From Pseudomonadota bacterium (lineage in GTDB: Bacteria; Chloroflexota; UBA5177; JAJPKF01), in contig JAJPKF010000020.1 of the NCBI GenBank assembly GCA_021323865.1, forward strand, positions 257,673-321,672: a stretch of 64,000 nt of DNA. Direction: 5' to 3'. Position 1 is the first letter of the stretch. Every line of letters starts with the position of its first letter. The notes beneath the pieces were generated by a model. The model did not search any database. It was not told the origin of the DNA and was given only the letters and a program-made list of their open reading frames with translations. This document shows positions 19,948-26,904 of the stretch, piece by piece. Both the position numbers and the translations under genes were made by a program.

Positions 19948-21113
19948 TCCGCGCCGTCTGGTCCGCGGTCGCCATCGGGGTTTCAGTCGTCTGGGCTCAA
20001 GCCTTCACCGCCGGCATCGGCCGACTAATGTCGGTGTGTCATGTCGCCTCCGCATGCTCGAGCTATCAGCTCGATGGCCCGGCGTCCCGTGTGCTTACGG
20101 ACCATGGCATCCCGCTCGCCCTCTATGCCGGCATCACGGCTGTAGTCACAGTCGGAGCCTGGCTGGTCTGGTTTGGGCTGGGGGTCCTGCTGGTCTGGAG
20201 GAGACCGCGGGATCGCGGAGCCTACATCTCGGCGCTGTTCCTTGCCGTCTTTCCCCTGATGTTCGCGTCGCTTTGGGCGGCGACGACGGCGCAAACGAAG
20301 CTCTTCTCCGGAATCGCCATCTTCTCGCTGATTCCACTCCTGCTGCTGTTTCCGAACGGCCGGTTCGTCCCGCGCTGGACCTGGGTATTCCTCACCTTCG
20401 TTTCGATCCTGGTGGCCTACGGTCAACTGACGAGGGGGCACTTGTTGCACAAGGCCCTCGGCCCGTTCGGAGCCGTCATTGTCCTCCTGATTGCGATGGG
20501 CCTGCAGATTCATCGATTTCGCTCCATATCATCGTGGCGGGAGCGCCAGCAGACGAAGTGGGCCACACTGGGGCTCTGTGCCTGCGTCATCGGCTTCGCC
20601 GCGACGCTGCTGCCCATACTCATCGGCAAGGTCGCTACGAATTCGCTCTACTCAGACTTCGTCGACATCCTTCTCGCCCTCACCACATCGGCCATTCCCA
20701 TCACCTTAGCGATCGCCGTCCTGAGGAGCGGGCTCTGGGACGTTGACCACATCATCAGTCGGGCTCTGGCCTACGCCGTCTTGAGCGCGGTCATCGTGGG
20801 GGCGTACATCGGTGGCGTTGTCGGCCTCCAGTCCCTCTTCGCGTTATTCGTGCACAATGGCTCTCCGCCGGCGATCGCCCTGTCGACACTCGCCATCGTC
20901 GCTTCGTTTGGTCCACTCCGGAGACGGATCCAGCACGTCGTTGACCGGCGCTTCTACCGAAGCCGGTACGATGCCTCGCTCACATTGGCCGCCTTCGGCA
21001 AGCGGCTTCGGGATCAGGTCGATCTCGGAGAGCTCTCTCATGACCTGACGGGTGTTGTTCACGAGACCCTGCACCCTGAGCACGTTTCGCTGCGGCTGCG
21101 AGCTCCAGGATGA
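19920..21113 (+). CDS. Array paralog 3
   Basis: GTGA overlap with paralog 2 (starts MTDRQKIF); ends LHPEHVSLRLRAPG. Confidence 0.85.
   Translation: MTDRQKIFALRAVWSAVAIGVSVVWAQAFTAGIGRLMSVCHVASACSSYQLDGPASRVLTDHGIPLALYAGITAVVTVGAWLVWFGLGVLLVWRRPRDRGAYISALFLAVFPLMFASLWAATTAQTKLFSGIAIFSLIPLLLLFPNGRFVPRWTWVFLTFVSILVAYGQLTRGHLLHKALGPFGAVIVLLIAMGLQIHRFRSISSWRERQQTKWATLGLCACVIGFAATLLPILIGKVATNSLYSDFVDILLALTTSAIPITLAIAVLRSGLWDVDHIISRALAYAVLSAVIVGAYIGGVVGLQSLFALFVHNGSPPAIALSTLAIVASFGPLRRRIQHVVDRRFYRSRYDASLTLAAFGKRLRDQVDLGELSHDLTGVVHETLHPEHVSLRLRAPG
20743..20843 (+). repeat. 101-bp exact repeat, copy 2
   Basis: Identical to 19547-19647. Confidence 0.9.
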
Positions 21114-22282
21114 GAGCGACAGTCGAAGCTGTCTTGCGCCGGCACTCGCGGCTGCTGGCCCGGTTGGTATGGGTCGCACTGACCGCGATCGTTCTAGCCG
21201 TCTTCGTCTCGCAAATTCCGGAGGAGTGGAGCTCCCTCGCGACCGTCTGCCGCGGAGCGGCTGCCTGTGCGAATCGGGGCGGTCTCGACGCGTCGGCGGC
21301 TCACACCCTCATCCGACACGGCATTTCCCTACCGGTCTTTGCGTCGCTCATCGTCATGTTCTCGACCACCGTGCTCGCGATATGGGTCCTCCTGGGTGGC
21401 CTCATCGTGTGGCTCAAGCCCGACGATCGAGGAGCCCTGGTCGCTGCTTACTTTCTGGCCGTCTTTCCCCTGTTGCTCGATTCACAGATCCCGCTCGCCG
21501 TCACCTTCACGGCCCTGATTCTCTTTGGCCTGCTGTTTCCTGACGGACACTTCCAGCCTGGGTGGGCGAGATGGCTGGCTGCGGCCGCGCTTGTCGGCGC
21601 CGCCGCTTCCCCATTTGCCGGTGCCCCCGCCGGCATCGCTTCTCTGGTCCTGCTTCTGGCAGCGATCCCGCTCCAAATCTACCGCTTTCGGAAGGTGTCG
21701 ACCTGGGAGCAACGCCAGCAAACCAAGTGGGCCGTCTTCGGGCTAACCGCGACCGTGCTCGGCTTCATTGTGCTGCTGCCGATCTTCAAATTCGGAGCCG
21801 GCTCCCTGGGCGGCGTACTTCTCCAGAACCTCGGCTTCATTACCGTTATCACGATAATGCCGGTCTCCATGGCCCTGTCCGTGCTTCGGAACCGCCTGTG
21901 GGATATCGACCGGATCATCAGCCGCGCCCTGGGCTATGCCCTCCTGAGCGCGGTCACCGTGGGCGCATACGTCGGAGGTGTCGTCGGCTTCCAGTCACTC
22001 TTTGGGCTGTTCGCTCACGACGGCTCCCCTGTTGCCATTGCCCTGTCCACCCTGGCAATTGTGGCGCTGTTTGGCCCCCTGCGCAGACGCATCCAGCAAA
22101 TTGTCGATCGACGGTTCTATCGAAGTAGATACGATGCGTCCCGCACACTCGCCACTTTCGGCGAGCGGCTGCGTGACCAGGTCGATCTGGGCCAGCTTTC
22201 CTCCGGCTTGACCGCCGTCGTCCATGAGGCCCTTCATCCGGAGCATGTATCGTTGTGGCTCCGAGAGATGAGGGAAGGGTGA
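21110..22282 (+). CDS. Array paralog 4
   Basis: ATGA overlap; ends LHPEHVSLWLREMREG, identical to paralog 2. Confidence 0.85.
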   Translation: MRATVEAVLRRHSRLLARLVWVALTAIVLAVFVSQIPEEWSSLATVCRGAAACANRGGLDASAAHTLIRHGISLPVFASLIVMFSTTVLAIWVLLGGLIVWLKPDDRGALVAAYFLAVFPLLLDSQIPLAVTFTALILFGLLFPDGHFQPGWARWLAAAALVGAAASPFAGAPAGIASLVLLLAAIPLQIYRFRKVSTWEQRQQTKWAVFGLTATVLGFIVLLPIFKFGAGSLGGVLLQNLGFITVITIMPVSMALSVLRNRLWDIDRIISRALGYALLSAVTVGAYVGGVVGFQSLFGLFAHDGSPVAIALSTLAIVALFGPLRRRIQQIVDRRFYRSRYDASRTLATFGERLRDQVDLGQLSSGLTAVVHEALHPEHVSLWLREMREG

Positions 22283-22306
22283 CGGACACGCAAAAGATAT
22301 TCGCAC
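22151..22306 (+). repeat. 156-bp near-exact repeat, copy 2
   Basis: Spans the end of paralog 4 and the start of the remnant. Confidence 0.9.
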
Positions 22307-22415
22307 GCCGTGCCGAGCACCTACATGGGGAACTGGACAACGACCGGCTGTCCAAGGAGCTCTGGTCTGGGCCTTGCACCCCGCGTCAGTCTCCATCACG
22401 TTGAGGGAGCCATGA
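22279..22415 (+). pseudogene. Internally deleted remnant of an eighth array paralog
   Basis: Starts MTDTQKIFARRA (compare paralog 3, MTDRQKIFALRA), continues EHLHGELDNDRLSKEL, then after a frameshift ALHPASVSITLREP* (compare paralog 5, AEQLRDEVDVDRLSTDL...ALHPSHVSLWLREQ*). Confidence 0.7.
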
Positions 22416-23650
22416 GGCCTGTCCGACTAGACGCAAGGAGGAGCCGCTTCCGAGGAGTGCGTCACGAGCGGGCGGTGCAGGCACTGTGGCTTGCGATGGC
22501 GCTGTTCGGCAGCGCTCTGTGGGCTGGCATTCCAATCTCTCAGTGGGGCCGCCTACTGCGCGTGTGCCGGCCCGTCTCAACCTGTGCCCAGTTTCAGCTC
22601 GACGCAGCCTCCGCTGGCCTCCTCCAGCAGCGCGGGGTCTCGCTCGACGATTACGCGATGTTTACGGGCATCGTTCTCGCCACAGGCTGGACGATCTGGT
22701 ACGGCATGTCGGCGCTCGTCATCTATCGCAAGCCCGGGGAGCGGGCAGCGTTGATATCCGCCTTCTTTCTCTTGGTCATGCCCCTGGCAGCCGTCGCCCT
22801 CTGGGTTTCGTGGGGGCTGCTTCTAGCCCTGGCCTCTCTCGCGGCGCTGAACCTCTTTGGCCTCCTGTTCCCCGACGGACGATTCTCACCCCGTTGGACC
22901 CGCTGGCTGGGGATAGGCGTGGTGGCGGCATGCGGTTTCTTGGCGATTCCGGTCTTCGCCAACTCGTCGTTTTATTGGGTCATCCCGCTTTTCGTCGTTC
23001 CGCTTCTCATAGCCGCGCTTCAGATCTATCGGTTCCGCGCCATTTCCTCGTGGCGTGAGCGTCAGCGTAGCAAGTGGGTCTTTCTGGGCCTCGGGACCGG
23101 TCTGGCGGCTTTCCTTTCCATCATCGTCACCCTGAATTTCGTTGGGGCCGGTAATAGTAGCAACGGCACCTTGGGCGGTGGCACGCTGGCGGGTGCACTG
23201 GTAACTCCCGTGTTTGTAATCGGCATCGGCCCGGTGCCGCTTTCAATAGGCATTGCGATTTTGCGCAGCGGCCTCTGGGACATAGATAGGGTGGTTAGTC
23301 GCGCACTGGGGTACTCAGTGTTGACCGTGATCCTCGGGGCTATCTACATCGGCGGAGTGATTGGCCTCCAGGGACTGATCGGCTTGATCGCCGGAAACGG
23401 CTCAGCCGCGGCCGTCGTACTGTCGACGCTAGTGGTGGCCGCTCTCTTTGGCCCACTCCGTCGCCGCCTCCAGAATCTTATCGATAGCCGCTTTTACAGG
23501 TCCCAGTATGACGCCGCGCGAATGGTCAGGAGCTTTGCCGAGCAACTACGGGACGAAGTAGACGTAGACCGGCTCTCAACCGACTTGTCCTCGATCGTGC
23601 GCCAGGCCCTCCATCCTTCACACGTCTCGCTTTGGCTTAGGGAGCAATGA
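22412..23650 (+). CDS. Array paralog 5
   Basis: ATG at 22412 after GAGGGAG, overlapping the remnant stop; ends LHPSHVSLWLREQ. Confidence 0.85.
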   Translation: MRPVRLDARRSRFRGVRHERAVQALWLAMALFGSALWAGIPISQWGRLLRVCRPVSTCAQFQLDAASAGLLQQRGVSLDDYAMFTGIVLATGWTIWYGMSALVIYRKPGERAALISAFFLLVMPLAAVALWVSWGLLLALASLAALNLFGLLFPDGRFSPRWTRWLGIGVVAACGFLAIPVFANSSFYWVIPLFVVPLLIAALQIYRFRAISSWRERQRSKWVFLGLGTGLAAFLSIIVTLNFVGAGNSSNGTLGGGTLAGALVTPVFVIGIGPVPLSIGIAILRSGLWDIDRVVSRALGYSVLTVILGAIYIGGVIGLQGLIGLIAGNGSAAAVVLSTLVVAALFGPLRRRLQNLIDSRFYRSQYDAARMVRSFAEQLRDEVDVDRLSTDLSSIVRQALHPSHVSLWLREQ

Positions 23651-24846
23651 CATACATCGTCTCGGAGCAGCGCTGGAGACAGGTCGCCTGGCTACTCCTC
23701 GCGCTTTGGGGCGCGGTATTGTGGCTCGCGGGCCCTGCCTCACAGTCGCTGAGAATCCGGTCGATTTGTCGCCCTCTCTCCTGTAGCTCCTATCAGCTGG
23801 GTGCGCCGGCCGCCTCGACGCTCTCCGGCCACGGCATATCCCTCACGGCCTATGCCGTCTTCACTGTCCTCGTCCTGGGCTTCTTATCCGTCGTCTGGTA
23901 TGGCCTGGCCGGACTCATCATCCTGCGCGAGCCGGACAACCGGGGGGCGGTCATGGCCGCCTTCTTCCTCGTCGCCTTCCCGCTCTTGGAGGTCGCGACC
24001 TGGATCCCAAGCGCACCGTCAGGGCTGAAGAGCCTATTACCGGCGACCGGCGTCGCGGTGCTCCTGCTCTTCTGTCTCCTGTTCCCGGATGGCACCTTCG
24101 CTCCCGGTTGGGCCCGATGGCTCGTGCCTTTGGCTCTGGCGGGAGGTCTCTCGGCCTATCTGCCTCTGCTCCCGCGAGGCGTCGTCCTGGCCATCGCGCT
24201 GGCGTCGGTGGTGGCTGCCCAGGTTGCTCGCTTCCGGACGATATCATCCTCGGCTCAGCGTCAGCAGACCAAGTGGGCGCTCTATGGTGTGATCGCGGCC
24301 GCCGTTGCCTTCGCCACGCTGGCGGCGGGATTCCTGGTCGTGCCTGCCGCTCAGACCGGACCCGGCGGACTATACCGAAGCTTCGCGAACAGCACCGGTC
24401 TCGCCCTGGCAGCGTCCCCAATTCCCATAAGCACCGGCATCGCCATCTTGCGCTACCACCTGTGGGACATCGACCGCGTCGTCAGCCTCACCCTCGGCTA
24501 TGCGCTCCTGACGGCGATGTTGGCGGGTCTTTACATCGCCGGCGTCATCCTCCTGGAACAGCTCGTCCAGGTCTTCACGCCCAGTGGCTCTGACGCCCCC
24601 ATTGCGCTGTCGACGCTTACGGTCGTGGCCCTGTTTGGACCGCTGCGGCGCCGAATCCAGACGGGTATTGACCGGTACTTCTATCGTGCGAAGTACGATG
24701 CCGCGCGCACCTTGGCGGCCTTCGGCGACCGGCTTCGACGTGAAGTCGATTTGGATGCCGTGAGCCGCGACCTCACCGGCGTGGTCGAAGAAGCGCTCAG
24801 GCCCGAGCGAGTAACGCTCTGGGTGCGCACCGAGGCAAAGTCGTGA
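23647..24846 (+). CDS. Array paralog 6
   Basis: ATGA overlap; ends LRPERVTLWVRTEAKS. Confidence 0.85.
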   Translation: MTYIVSEQRWRQVAWLLLALWGAVLWLAGPASQSLRIRSICRPLSCSSYQLGAPAASTLSGHGISLTAYAVFTVLVLGFLSVVWYGLAGLIILREPDNRGAVMAAFFLVAFPLLEVATWIPSAPSGLKSLLPATGVAVLLLFCLLFPDGTFAPGWARWLVPLALAGGLSAYLPLLPRGVVLAIALASVVAAQVARFRTISSSAQRQQTKWALYGVIAAAVAFATLAAGFLVVPAAQTGPGGLYRSFANSTGLALAASPIPISTGIAILRYHLWDIDRVVSLTLGYALLTAMLAGLYIAGVILLEQLVQVFTPSGSDAPIALSTLTVVALFGPLRRRIQTGIDRYFYRAKYDAARTLAAFGDRLRREVDLDAVSRDLTGVVEEALRPERVTLWVRTEAKS

Positions 24847-26111
24847 GTCGCCGTTCCAGTTTCCTTTGGGCTCGTCGCGGAGAGGTCGCTGGCGTGAGTA
24901 GCGGGAACGGGGCCTCGGGACGCATGTTTGGCCGGGAGACGGAGCTCGGCATCAGAGTGGCCTGGGCGCTGGTGGCGAGCGCCGTTACCATCACCTGGGC
25001 AGTGGCCGTGGCGGCTCAATGGAAATCGCTGACCTCGGTATGTCATCGAGCATCCAGCTGCACGAACTTCCAGATGGACGAGGCCACCGCCCATCTGTTG
25101 GCCGCCCACGGCATTCAGCCGGAAGTGTACGGGGTGTACACCGCTCTGGGGCTGGCACTGGTGTGGGCGGTATGGTGTGGACTTGGTGGACTGATCGTCT
25201 GGCGGCGCCCGCGAGAGGTGGGAGCCGTGGTATCCGCCTTCTTCATGGTCCTCTTCCCGCTGTTCGAGATCAGCTTTTGGTTTCCCAGCGGCAACGGCTC
25301 CCAGCTCATGGGAGCCGTTGCGTTCCTGGCGTTAACCATGTTCTACCTGCTCTTCCCCAATGGCAGCTTCGCCCCACGCTGGTTTCGCTTCGTCCCCATC
25401 GCCCTCATTCCTTTAGGGCTGATTTCCAACTTCCTGCCATGGCTCCTCGGGCCGATGCTCCTCGTGTTTTTCCTCAGTGTTTCTGGCAGTCAGATTTATC
25501 GCTTCCGCATGGTGTCCTCTTGGAAAGAGCGACAGCAGACCAAGTGGACAGTGGCCGGCCTGTTGGTTTCCATACTGCTGTTTGTCGCCGTGGCGGTGGT
25601 CCCATTCAGCGTGGATCCAAAGGTTGGGTATTCAGGCACCGGATATGAGGTGCTCACCATCACCCTGGTGCCGATTGTCACGACGCTCATTCCGCTCTCC
25701 GTGGGGGCGGCCATCTTTCGCAGCGGCCTTTGGGATATCGACCGCATCATCAACCGCGCTCTCGTTTACGGCGTCCTCAGCATCGCGCTGGCCGTCGCCT
25801 ATGTGGGCGGCGTTCTGGGGCTCGAGGCGCTGTTCAGACTCTTCATACGGGGCAGCGCGGCGCCAGCGATCGTCGTTTCGACGCTCGCCATTGCCGCCCT
25901 CTTCGGGCCGCTTCGACGGCGAATTCAGGATGCCATCGACCGGCGCTTCTATCGAGCCAGATACGACACCGCCCGAATCCTTTCCGCCTTCGGTGACCGG
26001 CTTCGGCAGGAGGTGGACCTGATGAATCTCACGCAGGACATGACCTCGGTAGTACAGGAGACGCTGCGTCCAGAGCACGTGTCGATTTGGCTGAGCGGGG
26101 AGATGTCATGA
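24843..26111 (+). CDS. Array paralog 7
   Basis: GTGA overlap; ends LRPEHVSIWLSGEMS. Confidence 0.85.
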   Translation: MSRRSSFLWARRGEVAGVSSGNGASGRMFGRETELGIRVAWALVASAVTITWAVAVAAQWKSLTSVCHRASSCTNFQMDEATAHLLAAHGIQPEVYGVYTALGLALVWAVWCGLGGLIVWRRPREVGAVVSAFFMVLFPLFEISFWFPSGNGSQLMGAVAFLALTMFYLLFPNGSFAPRWFRFVPIALIPLGLISNFLPWLLGPMLLVFFLSVSGSQIYRFRMVSSWKERQQTKWTVAGLLVSILLFVAVAVVPFSVDPKVGYSGTGYEVLTITLVPIVTTLIPLSVGAAIFRSGLWDIDRIINRALVYGVLSIALAVAYVGGVLGLEALFRLFIRGSAAPAIVVSTLAIAALFGPLRRRIQDAIDRRFYRARYDTARILSAFGDRLRQEVDLMNLTQDMTSVVQETLRPEHVSIWLSGEMS

Positions 26112-26226
26112 CGTCGGGCCTGTCCGGCTCGGGCCTGCCAACAGTAGCGGCATTTGAGCCGGTATCCAACCAGGTTTCTGGGTACCCGATTCACCGTCGT
26201 CAAACAAAGTGTAAGGAGGAGAACAG

Positions 26227-26682
26227 GTGGTACGAGCGTTTCGAGTCGTCTGGGCGTCACTCATCTGGTTGTTTATGATCATGATTCCGATTCAGTTCTA
26301 CCTGGCGGGCCACGGAGCAATGGAAGGAGCACATGCCGCCGACAAAGGGATCAGGCCCATGAAGACTGGGTGGGACCCGCATGCCTCATTCGGTACGATC
26401 ATGCTGCTGGTGTCGCTTCTGGTGCTCCTGGCTGCTCTCCCCGCCCGTCCGACACGCCGGCTTCTGGGCATGAGCGTAGCTCTATTCGTCTTCATGGTCA
26501 TCCAGTTCGTGCTGCCCTTCTTCAACGATTCGGCCGGCACTCGTTGGGTCGCTGCCTTTCACGGCGTCAACGCATTGATCGTTACCGGCCTGGCAATGGG
26601 TCTCATCATCCGGACACGACCCTACTGGCCATTCACGAAGTCCGAGGCTGCAGAGGCGGAGGCCGGCGCTGCCATGACATGA
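26227..26682 (+). CDS. DUF6220-like small membrane protein
   Basis: AAGGAGG RBS; motifs IQFYLAG, H..FG and VAAFHGVNAL; about 4 TM segments. Confidence 0.75.
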   Translation: MVRAFRVVWASLIWLFMIMIPIQFYLAGHGAMEGAHAADKGIRPMKTGWDPHASFGTIMLLVSLLVLLAALPARPTRRLLGMSVALFVFMVIQFVLPFFNDSAGTRWVAAFHGVNALIVTGLAMGLIIRTRPYWPFTKSEAAEAEAGAAMT

Positions 26683-26904
26683 AGTGAGTTCGGTTGGGCA
26701 TCACTCATTCAGCCGCACCTTCAAAGACCGGGCATGAGGGCCAATCCGGAAAGTTGTCAGGCGAGTTGTGGCCCAACCGCCACCCGAACGAGCATCTCCG
26801 GGATATTCTGTCCGGCCAACGTGACTGCACGAGGAGGTGGGACGTCTAGCGTTGGTCTCCGATCGGTGCGGGAGCCAGGTTGCCCTCAGCCTCGCGCATT
26901 GCGA

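Noticed and set aside
19547-22306. Diversity-generating retroelement template/variable repeats or a CRISPR array
   Set aside because: No reverse transcriptase or cas genes. The mismatches are not adenine-specific, and the repeats are coding and not regularly spaced.
22310-22411. N-terminal extension of paralog 5 from the ORF track
   Set aside because: It overlaps the paralog remnant. The ATG at 22412 has an RBS and the array-typical ATGA overlap.
17340-26111. Array genes as truncated histidine kinase pseudogenes
   Set aside because: Seven divergent copies are intact, end at the same point and are translationally coupled, which is not how random decay looks.
13676-26111. Split intein or DNA-rearrangement fusion of sensors to the phosphatase
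   Set aside because: I saw no intein motifs at either junction, no recombinase in the window, and no repeat shared between sensor 3' ends and the phosphatase 5' end.
26108-26278. Small ORF coupled to the stop of paralog 7
   Set aside because: No similarity to array N-termini that I could see, and it overlaps the DUF6220 RBS and start. Insufficient support.
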